A stretch of 64,000 nucleotides of DNA from Candidatus Hadarchaeota archaeon (GCA_964384105.1 CAYLJV010000001.1:224001-288000), one strand, 5' to 3'. Positions 1 through 10,436 are shown, numbered from the stretch's first letter. Numbers and translations are program-made. Notes: a model not told the origin generated them from the sequence alone.

Positions 1-2
1 TC

Positions 3-362
3 GGAGTAGAACATGCGATGGTTGATAAGGAGAAGTTGATCCAGTGGGATCCCGATATCATATTTGTGGATGAGGGGGGTTATTCCCTTGTCAAAAATGA
101 TTTAGAGGGAGTAGAGTATGGCTCTATGAGCGCTGTAAAGAACCGGGAGATTTACAGTTTATTACCTTATAACTACTATACTGCTAATTTTGGAATCTTG
201 CTTGCGAATTCATATTATATTGGGAAAGTTCTTTATCCCCATAGATTTGATGATATAGATCCTGAAAATAAAGCAGATGAAATTTTCAATAAGTTTGTGG
301 GCGAATCAGTCTATGAAGTTATAGAGGAGAACCTTGGGGGTTTTAAGAGATTTGACTTTTAG
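3..362 (+). CDS. Iron/cobalamin-type ABC transporter substrate-binding protein, C-terminal part (5' truncated by the window)
   Basis: Frame is open to the window start. The 'EKLIQWDPDIIFVD...AVKN.EIY...YIGKVLYP.RF' pattern is typical of FepB/BtuF-type binding proteins, and it precedes a FecCD permease. Confidence 0.85.
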   Translation, partial: GVEHAMVDKEKLIQWDPDIIFVDEGGYSLVKNDLEGVEYGSMSAVKNREIYSLLPYNYYTANFGILLANSYYIGKVLYPHRFDDIDPENKADEIFNKFVGESVYEVIEENLGGFKRFDF

Positions 363-367
363 GAGTA

Positions 368-1480
368 TTGAGAATGAACGACGAGAGAAAAGAATACTCC
401 GATGATTCTAACGATAGTTTGAGTAATAAAGTATTGAGAGGATACGAGGAGCATAAAAATAAAGCAAAGCTTTTCATAATCCTTTCATTTTTTTTGCTCA
501 TAGTGCTAGTCCTTTTTTCTGTATCCATAGGCAGTGCAAATATACCTATATCTGATGTAGTGAGTGCAGTTTTTGGTAATGCGGAGGGTAGTCTACACCG
601 GATTATATGGTATGTAAGGATACCAGAAGTGTTAGTTGCTATTGTTGCCGGTGCAGGATTGTCCGTTGCAGGAGTTGTAATGCAGAGCACTTTAAGAAAT
701 CCTATTGGCTCTCCTTATACTCTAGGTATTTCTCACGCAGCAGCATTTGGAGCGGCTTTTTCGGTTATAGTTTTAGGAGCAGGGACAACTCACAGTAGCG
801 GTCAAGATGCGGTTTTAATAAATAATCCGTATCTCATTACTATTTTTGCCTTCATTTTTTCTCTAGTCTCGATGTCGATAATGATAGTCCTTGCAAAATG
901 GAGAAGGACTACACCAGCTACGATGATACTCACGGGAGTTGCATTAGGCTCTATGTTTACTGCGGGCTATACTGCCTTGCAGTACTTTGCGAGCCAAACT
1001 GAACTCGCGTCGGTAGTTTTTTGGACTTTTGGTGATGTGAGAAGGGCCACTTGGAGAGACCTGGGTATAATGACCGCGGCCGTTGTTCCTTCTTTTGTGT
1101 ATTTTGTGAACAGAAGTTGGGACTACAACGTAATGGACTCTGGTGATGAGTCTGCTATTAGTTTGGGTGTTGATGTGGAAAGATTGAGACTGTGTGGGAT
1201 GATCTTGTCTAGTCTTGTTACTGCTCTGATCGTTTCTTTTATAGGAATAATAGGATTTGTTGGTCTTGTAGTGCCCCATATAGTTAGAAAGTTGATAGGT
1301 GGAGATGAGAGGTTTCTTATTCCGGCTTCCTGTGTCTTTGGTGGCTTTTTATTACTCGCATCTGATACGGTCGCTAGAACTATAATTTCTCCGATGGTTC
1401 TACCGGTTGGGGTTCTTACTTCTTTTATGGGTGCTCCGCTCTTTCTTTATCTTGTTGTAAAAGGGAGGGAATATTGGTGA
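368..1480 (+). CDS. FecCD/BtuC-family ABC transporter permease
   Basis: Multi-TM protein with 'IWYVRIP', 'QSTLRNPIGSPYTLGIS', 'GDESAISLGV' and 'GIIGFVGLVVPH' motifs. Confidence 0.93.
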   Translation: MRMNDERKEYSDDSNDSLSNKVLRGYEEHKNKAKLFIILSFFLLIVLVLFSVSIGSANIPISDVVSAVFGNAEGSLHRIIWYVRIPEVLVAIVAGAGLSVAGVVMQSTLRNPIGSPYTLGISHAAAFGAAFSVIVLGAGTTHSSGQDAVLINNPYLITIFAFIFSLVSMSIMIVLAKWRRTTPATMILTGVALGSMFTAGYTALQYFASQTELASVVFWTFGDVRRATWRDLGIMTAAVVPSFVYFVNRSWDYNVMDSGDESAISLGVDVERLRLCGMILSSLVTALIVSFIGIIGFVGLVVPHIVRKLIGGDERFLIPASCVFGGFLLLASDTVARTIISPMVLPVGVLTSFMGAPLFLYLVVKGREYW

Positions 1481-2253
1481 AGCTTGAGATAAGGGATCTA
1501 GAATTTAGTTATGATAGTACACCTGTTTTAGAAGATTTGAATTTGAGAGTAGAAGCGGGAGAAGTTTTGGGCATAATTGGACCAAACGGTTCTGGTAAGA
1601 CCACCCTTTTAAAGTGTATAAACAGGATTTTAGAGCCTCAGTTTGGGGAAATATTAGTAGGATCAACGGGGATCTCCGAGCTTGATAGGATTGAAATAGC
1701 TAAGAAGATGGGATACGTCTCTCAGATCCGAGGAAAAAGTTTTCCATCTACAGTTTTCGATACAATACTAATGGGTAGAAAGCCACATGGAGGTTGGAAA
1801 CCCAGTTCGAAAGACTTTGAAAAGACTTCTCGGATTATAGAGGTTCTTGGATTGGAAGAGATTTCGATGAGAGATGTGGGGCAGATAAGTGGGGGGCAAT
1901 TACAGAAGGTTATGATTGGCAGGGCTCTTGCGCAAGAGCCCAAGACCCTTCTCTTGGATGAACCTACCAGTAGCTTAGACCTGAAACACCAGCTGGAGGT
2001 AATGAATTTAATTAGTGATCAGGCAAGTAAAGGTGTTTCAGTTATAATGGTTATACATGATTTGAATCTAGCTGGTAGATATAGTGACAAGCTTGTAATG
2101 CTTTGTGATGGCAAGGTTTCGGCTGCGGGTGGACTTGAAATATTGAATTCGGATAATATAAGAAATATTTATGGGGTTGAAGCTGAAGTAGAGAGACGAC
2201 CTTACGGAGTAGTTGTGTTTCCTATAGACTCTGATAAAAATAATGTTTTATAG
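1474..2253 (+). CDS. Fe-siderophore/cobalamin ABC transporter ATP-binding protein
   Basis: Walker A GPNGSGKT, signature ISGGQ, Walker B LLLDEPT, and HDLNLA. Confidence 0.93.
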   Translation: MVKLEIRDLEFSYDSTPVLEDLNLRVEAGEVLGIIGPNGSGKTTLLKCINRILEPQFGEILVGSTGISELDRIEIAKKMGYVSQIRGKSFPSTVFDTILMGRKPHGGWKPSSKDFEKTSRIIEVLGLEEISMRDVGQISGGQLQKVMIGRALAQEPKTLLLDEPTSSLDLKHQLEVMNLISDQASKGVSVIMVIHDLNLAGRYSDKLVMLCDGKVSAAGGLEILNSDNIRNIYGVEAEVERRPYGVVVFPIDSDKNNVL

Positions 2254-2281
2254 TAGGGGCGTTTTTCCTTTAGGCCCGAAA

Positions 2282-2596
2282 TTATTTTCTTTCCTTTTTT
2301 TCTAATTTTTCCTCTACGGATTTCTTTTTTCCTTCTATTGTCAGATCTTTGTCTCTCCGATCATCAATCTCGAGAAAAGTCACGACCCGGGAGACCTCTT
2401 TATCGAAAACACTTTCATGCATTTTTTTGACAACTTTCAGGACTTCATCTAGCTCTCCTTCGATTATTGTGCCGGTAGAAGTAAGTTCATGTTCTAGGCC
2501 TGAATTACTTAGCTCTTTTGAGGCTTTTGCGACGTAATCGCTAAGTGAAGGACTTTTTGTTCCGATAGGTATTATCGTTACTTCAACAACGACCAA
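2282..2596 (-). CDS. MTH1187/YkoF-like thiamine-binding protein
   Basis: 'EVTIIPIGT.SPSLSDYVA...LTSTGTIIEG...IDDRRDK...K.KSV' pattern; TTG start. Confidence 0.88.
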   Translation of the reverse strand: MVVVEVTIIPIGTKSPSLSDYVAKASKELSNSGLEHELTSTGTIIEGELDEVLKVVKKMHESVFDKEVSRVVTFLEIDDRRDKDLTIEGKKKSVEEKLEKKERK

Positions 2597-2815
2597 TTTA
2601 TCCCCTCCACCTATAATCGAGTTGTTGCTGGCTAATTATTTTTTCCATTTTTTTTAATAGTCTTGGTCAATTTTTTGTCAGGGTATAATGATAAGGTATG
2701 TCCGGAACATTTTTCAGAATATTTTTTAAATCTCGCCTCAGTTGGTTTTTCTGTAGATTTCAAATCTACGTAAAGATTTACATAATGGATGTTCAAGATT
2801 AAGTTGGAGTATACA

Positions 2816-4012
2816 ATGGTCAAGATTAAAGAAGATATTAGTTGGATCGGGGTGAATGATCGTGTTACCGACCTTTTTGAAGGGGTTTGGCCGATTCCGG
2901 AAGGGGTCAGTTATAATTCTTATCTTATAGAAGATGAAAAGATAGCTTTAATAGATTCTGTTAAATCTTGCTTTGAAGATGAGTTTATAGAAAATATTGA
3001 AGAGCTAGTGGATCCTCGGGATATAGATTACATAATAGTGAATCATATGGAGCCTGATCATAGTGGTGCTCTTCCGACCATTAGAAAGCTAGCTCCTGAG
3101 GCCAAAATTATCTGTACGAAAAAAGCAGTAAGCTTATTGGAGTCTTTCTATGGATTCACTGATAACATTCACCCAGTTAGGGAAGGAGACACTCTAGATT
3201 TGGGCAAAAGAGAACTCAAATTTTTTGAAACTCCTTTCGTTCATTGGCCAGAGTCTATGGTGACATATGAAACTTCTGAAAGAGTTTTGTTTTCCAATGA
3301 CGCTTTTGGTGGTTTTGGAGCTTTGGAGGGTGGTAATTTTGATGATGAAGTAAATTTAGATTACTACGAAGATCAAATCCTTAGATATTTTTCTAATATA
3401 GTTGGAGCATATTCTGCTCCTGTACAAGCTGCACTCGAGAAATTAAGCGATCTTGACATTGAGATTATTGCACCCTCACATGGCCCTATATGGCGAAGTG
3501 AACCCAATACTATCGTGAAGCTGTACGATAAGTGGAGTAGACTGGAAGGAGAAAAAGGAGTTACTTTGATCTATGGATCTATGTATGGAAACACTTCTGA
3601 AATGATGGAAGCAGTAGCGCGAGGATTGAAGTCGAAGGAGTGTACAAATATCAAGATTCTTGATGCATCTAGGGTTCATATGAGTTACCTCCTTTCGGAG
3701 TCTTGGCGAAGAAAGGGGTTAATAATTGGGACACCGACCTATGATGGAAGAATTTTTCCTCCTGTAGATCATTTTGTTCAACTCGCTAGGAAAAAGAAAT
3801 TGAAGGATAGAGTCGTAGGCTTGTTTGGTTCGTTTGGCTGGTCCGGCGGTGCATTAGATAGAGTAAAATCGGTTTCAGAGCAGCTTAATTGGAATTTAAT
3901 TGAGCCAATTTGCGAATTTAATGGTAAACCTACGAATGCGGATTTAAAGAGGGGTAAAGAACTGGGTGAAAAAATTATCGAGAGGGTTTTTGAGACTTGT
4001 GAAAATAAATAG
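2816..4012 (+). CDS. fprA: Flavodiiron protein (FprA / A-type flavoprotein; O2/NO reductase)
   Basis: Metallo-beta-lactamase ligands NHMEPDHSG, HWP, NDAFG and PSHG, plus a flavodoxin domain (YGSMYGNT, GSFGWSGG). Confidence 0.93.
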   Translation: MVKIKEDISWIGVNDRVTDLFEGVWPIPEGVSYNSYLIEDEKIALIDSVKSCFEDEFIENIEELVDPRDIDYIIVNHMEPDHSGALPTIRKLAPEAKIICTKKAVSLLESFYGFTDNIHPVREGDTLDLGKRELKFFETPFVHWPESMVTYETSERVLFSNDAFGGFGALEGGNFDDEVNLDYYEDQILRYFSNIVGAYSAPVQAALEKLSDLDIEIIAPSHGPIWRSEPNTIVKLYDKWSRLEGEKGVTLIYGSMYGNTSEMMEAVARGLKSKECTNIKILDASRVHMSYLLSESWRRKGLIIGTPTYDGRIFPPVDHFVQLARKKKLKDRVVGLFGSFGWSGGALDRVKSVSEQLNWNLIEPICEFNGKPTNADLKRGKELGEKIIERVFETCENK

Positions 4013-4116
4013 TATTTCTTTTTTGAAAAGTGATAAAAATTAGAATTATTTTCGTTTTTTAGAATTACGAATTTCAACTAAAGAAGAAATAATTGAGATA
4101 ATTGAAGGGAGACTTG

Positions 4117-5286
4117 ATGAATTCTAAGAAAAAGATTGATTATAGTAGAGTATTAGAGAATTTGATAGAACTTAACACGAGTGTACCTCCCGGAGAGAAC
4201 TATGGGGAGTCAATTAATTATCTCGAAAGCTTGTTTGAAAAAGTTGGTTGTGAAACAGAGACGGTGAATATTCCTAAAAAGAAAGCTGAAGGACGAGAGG
4301 GACGGGTTAATCTTTTGGCGCATAGAAGAAACAATGGAAAACCTCGATTGATTTTTTATTCTCATATAGACGTTGTTCCTGTTCAAGGATGGAAAGGTTT
4401 TAAACCAAAGATAAAGAATGGGAGGCTCTATGGTAGAGGGGCTGCGGATATGAAAGGTGCTATACCGGCCCTGCTTTTGGCACTTGAAAAGCTTGAAAGA
4501 GATAATATAGATTCTAAGTACGATGTTTCAATTGTTGTCACAACGGATGAGGAGGTTGGTCAAGCTAGTCAACTTCATTATTTGAAAAAATTTTTAGAAC
4601 CTGTGAATAATGCATATATTTTTAATCTGGATACGGACTTCGGTTTTGTGACAATCGCTTCGTTGGGGATATTACAAATTAAAATTAAAATAAAAGGAAA
4701 ATCGGTTCACTCGGGACTGTCACATTTGGGTAGAAACGCTGTTGAGGATGCTGTACTTGCTATCGGAGAGCTTTTTGACCTAAAGAAGAAGGTTATGTCT
4801 AGAAAATCTAACATAAACGCAAACCCGGCCACGAAGCTGGAGAAGATGGAGGGGCGGTTGAATATAAATGTGATCGAAGGTGGAAAAAAAGAGAATGTTA
4901 TTCCTGATGAGTGTTTGTTTACCATCGATCGGAGATTAATACCTGAGGAAAATATGGATGAGGCCGAAGAAGAGTTGATTGCAGCGTTGGACTCCGCAAG
5001 AAACGTAAATTGGGAAATTTTGAATACACTCAAAGTTCCTTCATATTCTATTGATGATCCAATAGTGAATGAGTTGAAATTATTGATCGAAGAGGTGACT
5101 GGTGAGAGTGGCAAATATGGGATGATGGGCTCGGGGGATATATATTCAGTTGGTTCTAGCTGGGGTGCAATGGTTTTTGGAGTAGGGGTTATTCGACCCG
5201 ATTCTAATATTCATGGAAAAAATGAATTTGTAAGGCTTAAGGACATTGAGAATTTGGGTAGAATTATTTACGAATTTTTGAAATAA
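4117..5286 (+). CDS. M20 family metallohydrolase (ArgE/DapE-like)
   Basis: SHIDVVP, YGRGAADMKG, TTDEEVG, NVIP and C-terminal HGKNE motifs. Confidence 0.9.
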   Translation: MNSKKKIDYSRVLENLIELNTSVPPGENYGESINYLESLFEKVGCETETVNIPKKKAEGREGRVNLLAHRRNNGKPRLIFYSHIDVVPVQGWKGFKPKIKNGRLYGRGAADMKGAIPALLLALEKLERDNIDSKYDVSIVVTTDEEVGQASQLHYLKKFLEPVNNAYIFNLDTDFGFVTIASLGILQIKIKIKGKSVHSGLSHLGRNAVEDAVLAIGELFDLKKKVMSRKSNINANPATKLEKMEGRLNINVIEGGKKENVIPDECLFTIDRRLIPEENMDEAEEELIAALDSARNVNWEILNTLKVPSYSIDDPIVNELKLLIEEVTGESGKYGMMGSGDIYSVGSSWGAMVFGVGVIRPDSNIHGKNEFVRLKDIENLGRIIYEFLK

Positions 5287-5464
5287 TGCTGTCTTTGCAT
5301 TTTATCTGGTTGACAGATCGATAATAGGTACGATATTTAATGTTTTTGTACAATATTAGTGAGAATTTCAAGGGATAGAGATTCATTTTTTCTCAGTTGT
5401 ATTAGGGAAATGATTGAGGGAAACCAATAAATAATGAGTAAGCAGTTTTGTAAATGGGAAAATA

Positions 5465-5737
5465 ATGGTAGAAGATATTGTAGAGAAGAAAAAAGTGGGA
5501 GAAATAACTCACTATTTCACAAATATTGGTGTTGGCGTGATAAAACTTAGCGACAAACTCCAGGTTGGAGATAGAATTTCTGTAGAAGGAGAAACAACTA
5601 ACTTTCAACAGGAAATCGAATCTATGCAGATAGAGCATGATGATGTAGAATCGGCAGATTCCGGTGAATCGGTTGGAATTAAAGTAAAAGATCGCGTTCG
5701 AGAAGGCGATGTGGTTTATAAGATTGAGAGTCAATAG
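5465..5737 (+). CDS. Small translation-factor-like beta-barrel protein (EF-Tu domain II / U32 C-terminal-like)
   Basis: 'VGEITHYF.NIGVGVI.L...L.VGD.I...G.TT.F.Q.IESMQIEH..V..A..G..VGIKV..RVREGD.VYK'. Confidence 0.8.
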   Translation: MVEDIVEKKKVGEITHYFTNIGVGVIKLSDKLQVGDRISVEGETTNFQQEIESMQIEHDDVESADSGESVGIKVKDRVREGDVVYKIESQ

Positions 5738-5802
5738 ACTGGTTAACTCAATAGTGGAAAATAGTTCTATTTCTTGTTCTGTGAAGCGAGATTAAATTTT
5801 TG

Positions 5803-6191
5803 TTATTTTTTCATGAGCGCATTTTTTAATTCAGGTATTCTTTTTTTGAGTTCTGGAGAGATCCCCTCCAACCGAAAAGTTATTGGGTTGTATATCTATT
5901 ATCAGCACTTTTTTCGGTGCTCCTTTCAATTTTTTAAAGAGCCCTACTATTTCTAGTAAGTCGTAGTTGTGGGGATTATTGGGACTATGGAGTGAATTTA
6001 CTTGATGCGGTTTAAAAAACAGATAATCCCCTGACTTTTTATTCATCAAAATTGTGTCACGATTATTACTTTTACTAGTTTTTCTAAAATATGTAGAATT
6101 TTTATTTCGTTTGAGTCTGTATCAATGAGTTCTATATTAGGGGGGGAGGTTCTCTTTCCTCATCGTCTTGCCTTAGAGGGTTTCCAATCAT
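5803..6191 (-). pseudogene. Hydrogenase maturation protease (HycI/HyaD family), frameshifted remnant
   Basis: Manual minus-strand translation gives fragments in different frames: MIGNPLRQDD (6191), PNIELID...LEKLVKVIIV, ...PHNYDL...PKKVLIIDIQPNNFSVGGDLS, and KRIPELKNAL. It lies directly after hydA. Confidence 0.8.
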
Positions 6192-6245
6192 ACTATACTT
6201 TTTTCTATAGGGTATTCCACTGAACAGAATAAATTCGATAGCGGT

Positions 6246-7556
6246 TTATTCGGTAAATTCCACGTCCAGATAATGTGTTGAGCAGGAGATGCAGGGGTCA
6301 TAGGCTCTTACCAGCATCTCTAGGTTAATTTCAATTTCTTCCTTTGGCTTACCTAAGATTTTTGGAACCATTTTTTCCATGTCTGCTTGTATATTTCCGT
6401 GATTCTGATTAGTAGGGATAATACAATTTGCTTCTTTACAGACTCCGTTTTTGTCATAAGTGTAATCGTGGAAGAGAATTCCTCTAGGTGCTTCGACTAC
6501 CCCGATTCCTCTACCTTTCTTCACATCTATGTCTGGTTGGTTATAAGGTCCCACAGGCTCTATGCCTCTGTTTTTTAGTTCTTCGATTATTCTAACTGAA
6601 TCTTCAATACTGTGTACACATTCTACTAGCTGTGCTATATTGTTCATGAACGGATTGTGGGTCATGGGTTTTATTCCAAATGTATTAGCAATTTCTTTTG
6701 CTGTGGTGGTTAGTTTTTCAAAGTTGTTATTCAGCCTCGCAAGGGCTCCTACCATGTAAGATTCTCTGTTGTGTTTAGTATATTTTGCAGTTGATTGTGG
6801 AACTATGTATTCGTTCGTGAAATCTAGATAGTTGTCCACTGGAGCAGTCCCTGTATCGGTAGAAGCTAAAATTCCGTCATATAAAGCATATTCATCTTCG
6901 GTTTTTAGTGAAATGAATTCGGTTTCTCTAGAGAAATCGGGGAATTTATTCGCTAGTTTTTTGAATAGGTTTTTGACTGTGTTTAAGTCTTCCATGGAGT
7001 TCTCAAGTCGTTTTTTGAGCTCTTCTAATTCTTCTTCAGAGGGAGTTTTTGAGAATCCTCCAGGAATAAGTCGCTGGGGATGTGTGGTTCTCCCTCCGGT
7101 CAGTTCTGACATTTCGTTTGCTAGTCTATGTAGTCTTATTACGGTTTTTACTTCTTCTTTGTGAGAGGAGACTAGAGGAACTATCGATTTAGAATCCATG
7201 AGATCTGGAAGAGCTAAGTACCCTAAGTGTAAAATGTGACTTTGAATATTTTCCCCGTGAAGGGCGAGTTTCCTTAAGAGTTTGTCTTGCTCTGAAATTT
7301 CAATATCTAATGCAGACTCAGTCGCTTTTAACGAAGCTAATGTATGAGCTATAGAGCATATCCCACATATTCTAGAGGTTATGTGATGTAGTTCTTTCCA
7401 GTTTCTCCCCACTACCATCGATTCGAAATATCTTGGTGATTCTACGACCTGCCATTCGCATTTTTTTATATTTCCATTGTTTGCGTTAACTACGATATTT
7501 CCGTGTCCTTCCACCCGAGTAAGATATTCAATATTTACGTCAACTTTTTTACTCAT
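6246..7556 (-). CDS. hydA: Group 3b NiFe (sulf)hydrogenase large (alpha) subunit
   Basis: RVEGHG, L1 motif RICGIC, EAPRG, and L2 motif DPCISCSTH followed by a short cleavable tail. Confidence 0.95.
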   Translation of the reverse strand: MSKKVDVNIEYLTRVEGHGNIVVNANNGNIKKCEWQVVESPRYFESMVVGRNWKELHHITSRICGICSIAHTLASLKATESALDIEISEQDKLLRKLALHGENIQSHILHLGYLALPDLMDSKSIVPLVSSHKEEVKTVIRLHRLANEMSELTGGRTTHPQRLIPGGFSKTPSEEELEELKKRLENSMEDLNTVKNLFKKLANKFPDFSRETEFISLKTEDEYALYDGILASTDTGTAPVDNYLDFTNEYIVPQSTAKYTKHNRESYMVGALARLNNNFEKLTTTAKEIANTFGIKPMTHNPFMNNIAQLVECVHSIEDSVRIIEELKNRGIEPVGPYNQPDIDVKKGRGIGVVEAPRGILFHDYTYDKNGVCKEANCIIPTNQNHGNIQADMEKMVPKILGKPKEEIEINLEMLVRAYDPCISCSTHYLDVEFTE

Positions 7557-8304
7557 TTTCCATTGCCTCCTTCTGCCAGCCGAAATAGAGATTTAATTTT
7601 TTGAGTATTTCTTCTGAAGTTAGTCCATATTCCTCTAGTACTTCCTTGTAGGAGTCTGTATTTGGATTGTCTACCAAACCTCTACATCCCCAGCATATCG
7701 TCCCTTCATTTATACAACATGCATTGCATCCTGCTCTGGTAATTGGTCCTGCGCAGATTTCGTCTCTTTCGAAAGCGCAAATATTTTCGTTCAACTTACA
7801 TTCTAGACATACGGGGTAATTTGGGATGTATGGGTCCTTACCCACTAATAGAGATTTTGTTACTTCCAAAAACTCATCTCTATCTATTGGGCACCCATGG
7901 ACTTTGTAATCAACTGGTATAATCGCCTCTATCGGTTTTGCCTTGTTCCAAGACTCAAATAAATCCTTTTTCTCTCCATAAACTCTTTCTTTGGTTTTTT
8001 CAAGGTCTTCTGAATTTCTAATAGAGTTTATTCCTCCGATAGTGGCGCATGCACCTATAGCTACCACTGTGTCCGCATTTTCTCGGATTTTCTTTAGTCT
8101 CTTTTCTGCATGTGGTGTAGTGGCGGATCCTTCTACGAAGGCTATGTCATAGTCGTCACTATGTTCTTTCATGACTTCTCTGAAACTGACGACTTCCACT
8201 ACGTCCAGGAGATCTAGGATTTTCTCTTCTAAGTTCGCTATTTGTAGTTGGTCACCTTCACAGCCTGAAAAATCGAAGAAGGCTACCTTGGGTCTATCCT
8301 TCAT
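7549..8304 (-). CDS. hydD: Group 3b hydrogenase small (delta) subunit
   Basis: GCEGDQ, VEGS, GACA..GG, HGCP, C..C, and GP.TRAGC...C.GCRG motifs. Confidence 0.92.
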   Translation of the reverse strand: MKDRPKVAFFDFSGCEGDQLQIANLEEKILDLLDVVEVVSFREVMKEHSDDYDIAFVEGSATTPHAEKRLKKIRENADTVVAIGACATIGGINSIRNSEDLEKTKERVYGEKKDLFESWNKAKPIEAIIPVDYKVHGCPIDRDEFLEVTKSLLVGKDPYIPNYPVCLECKLNENICAFERDEICAGPITRAGCNACCINEGTICWGCRGLVDNPNTDSYKEVLEEYGLTSEEILKKLNLYFGWQKEAMENE

Positions 8305-9134
8305 ACAAAGGCCTCCTCTAGGTCCTCAACTTCTTCGTAGTTGAACACGGGTCCGTCTTGACATACATATAATCCACCCATTTGGCAGTGCCCACATTTT
8401 CCTACCCCACACCTCATTCTTCTCTCGAAGGAGAGGAATCTATGATCCTTTGGAAGGCCCGCTTCATCAAGCTCTTTCATTACAAATTGGTACATGACTG
8501 GTGGGCCACATACGGCCGCATAGGTGGTCTCGGGATCGAAATCAAGTTCGGGTATTAATGTTGTTATAACTCCAATGTTTCCTTCCCAACAAACATCTTC
8601 TGGGCAATTATCAACTGTTTCTCTGCAATCTATATCGCATTCTTTTTTCCATCTCTCAAGATCGTCTAAGAACAGTCTCTCGCAAGGTTCTTTGCACCCA
8701 TAGAGAACGGTCGAGTCTCCAAACTGCTCTTTTTTGTCAATTACATAATTTATCAGGGATCTTAATGGGGCAAGACCCAAACCACCACCTATCATTATCA
8801 GATCCTTTCCTTCAAGTAACCCTAGATCGAATCCGTTACCGAAAGGCCCCCTGATTCCTACTTTGTCGCCTTCTTCCATATTATGAAGAGTTTTGGTCAC
8901 GCTTCCGACTGCTCTAACACATAGTTCGAAGAATAAACCAGTTGTGGGTGAAGATGAGATGGATATAGGGGCCTCTCCGATCCCAGGTACGTATACCTCT
9001 ACGAATTGACCGGGTATATGCTCTATCTCTTCTTCACTGTCTAATTTTACTCTAAATAGTTTGTCTTTACCCGTTAGAGTTTCTATTTCTAGAATAGTAG
9101 CTTTCTTTGATTTAAATAGAGATTCCCCATTCAC
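8301..9134 (-). CDS. hydG: Sulfhydrogenase gamma subunit (FAD/NAD(P)-binding, 2Fe-2S)
   Basis: PGQF, GEAPISI, RGPFGNGF, GGGLGLAPLR, CGPPVM and RMRCGVGKCGHC motifs. Confidence 0.93.
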   Translation of the reverse strand: MNGESLFKSKKATILEIETLTGKDKLFRVKLDSEEEIEHIPGQFVEVYVPGIGEAPISISSSPTTGLFFELCVRAVGSVTKTLHNMEEGDKVGIRGPFGNGFDLGLLEGKDLIMIGGGLGLAPLRSLINYVIDKKEQFGDSTVLYGCKEPCERLFLDDLERWKKECDIDCRETVDNCPEDVCWEGNIGVITTLIPELDFDPETTYAAVCGPPVMYQFVMKELDEAGLPKDHRFLSFERRMRCGVGKCGHCQMGGLYVCQDGPVFNYEEVEDLEEAFV

Positions 9135-10165
9135 ATTTCTCCCTCCTTTAATTTGTTGAATATTTTACAGGGGTCTGCTATATCGGGTATGCAATGAGAT
9201 CCGCATCTTCCGCATCCAACGCAGGATATATCTCCGTATTTGTCATGGATGTATTTTCCCTTTCTCATATATCGGTGTCTGTATCTTTCAGCTCTCGTTC
9301 TCCTAAAATTTTCTCCACTTGCTACTGCCGCAAATTCTCTAATTAGACACCCATCCCATCTTCTTTTTCGATGGCCTTCAGTCATGTCTATATGTGAAAG
9401 TTCTTCTAGATCAAAGCAGTAACAGGTGGGGCAAACGAGATTACAGCTTGCGCAACTAAAGCACTTCTCTGAATTCTTTTCCCAGAATTCCATATTATCA
9501 TAATTTTCTTCAAGGATAGTTGGAAGTTCTTCTACTGGAAAATCTAATTTCTTTTCAAATTTATCAACTATTTTTTCCTTTTTTTCTCTGACCTTGGCGA
9601 TTTCTTCCGATTTTGCGCTTCGCATCGGAACATTTTCTATAAGTTCGCTTCCTTTGGAGGAGCCGATTTCAATCGTGTATTTATCGTCTATGTGGGTGAG
9701 CATGAGGTCATATCCGGATTTAGTTGTAGCTGTCCCCATGCTACCAGCAAAAGACCACTCTGAGACATTTTCCATATTCACCCCTATCAAGAAGCATTTT
9801 TCTCGTTTGGTCAGATAGTTTGCATCCTCATAAGTGTCGGAGAAGATCTTGTCCATCTGTTCGATAGCTATCAGATCATAAGGGTGAATCCCTACGATTA
9901 TCTTAGGTTCTACTTCGACTACGGGTTCAACGGATATTTTATAAGGAGACTTCTTGAATCTCAGTATTGTTTCTCGGGGTGGCATGAAATATTTTTTAGG
10001 TGGTAACATTGTGACGTCATAATCGAGTCTTAATTCTTCAGAAGATTTTAATGGTCCAAACGCGAATTTTGATCCTTTGGATTTTACTCCTACTACTTCT
10101 CTTGGATCGTTTTCTATTAGATCATCCACGAAGTTTTCAAACTCTGCTTTGCCAATAGTTTTCAT
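9131..10165 (-). CDS. hydB: Sulfhydrogenase beta subunit (AsrA-like 4Fe-4S protein)
   Basis: PPKKYF, CFSCASCNLVCPTCYCF, RRWDGC and CVGCGRC motifs. Confidence 0.92.
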   Translation of the reverse strand: MKTIGKAEFENFVDDLIENDPREVVGVKSKGSKFAFGPLKSSEELRLDYDVTMLPPKKYFMPPRETILRFKKSPYKISVEPVVEVEPKIIVGIHPYDLIAIEQMDKIFSDTYEDANYLTKREKCFLIGVNMENVSEWSFAGSMGTATTKSGYDLMLTHIDDKYTIEIGSSKGSELIENVPMRSAKSEEIAKVREKKEKIVDKFEKKLDFPVEELPTILEENYDNMEFWEKNSEKCFSCASCNLVCPTCYCFDLEELSHIDMTEGHRKRRWDGCLIREFAAVASGENFRRTRAERYRHRYMRKGKYIHDKYGDISCVGCGRCGSHCIPDIADPCKIFNKLKEGEM

Positions 10166-10436
10166 TTTTCACCTCTTATGTTCTGAGGGATAATTTCCTT
10201 CCAGAGTCTATCGGTAGAATCAGATTTGATGTGGCCCTTGGTAGTTTTGGAATTTTTTTACTTTTCTTTATGATTTCTTTTATTGAAACATTGCTAGGTA
10301 AAAGCTGTTTTATAAGGGGTTTAGTTAACAGTGTTATCTCCCGCTTGATTACCTATATTAATATGAAGTTTAATAACTAATGAGGGGGACTGAATGTTCA
10401 ATATTTCTATTTTTATCTAACAAAATGCGAAAGGGG

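Noticed and set aside
6246-6320. Possible NiFeSe hydrogenase
   Set aside because: The L2 motif is DPCISC with ordinary Cys codons and no in-frame TGA.
10166-10436. SurR-type GTT-N3-AAC sites upstream of the hydrogenase operon
   Set aside because: Only imperfect matches by eye (for example GTTTAATAAC has the wrong spacing).
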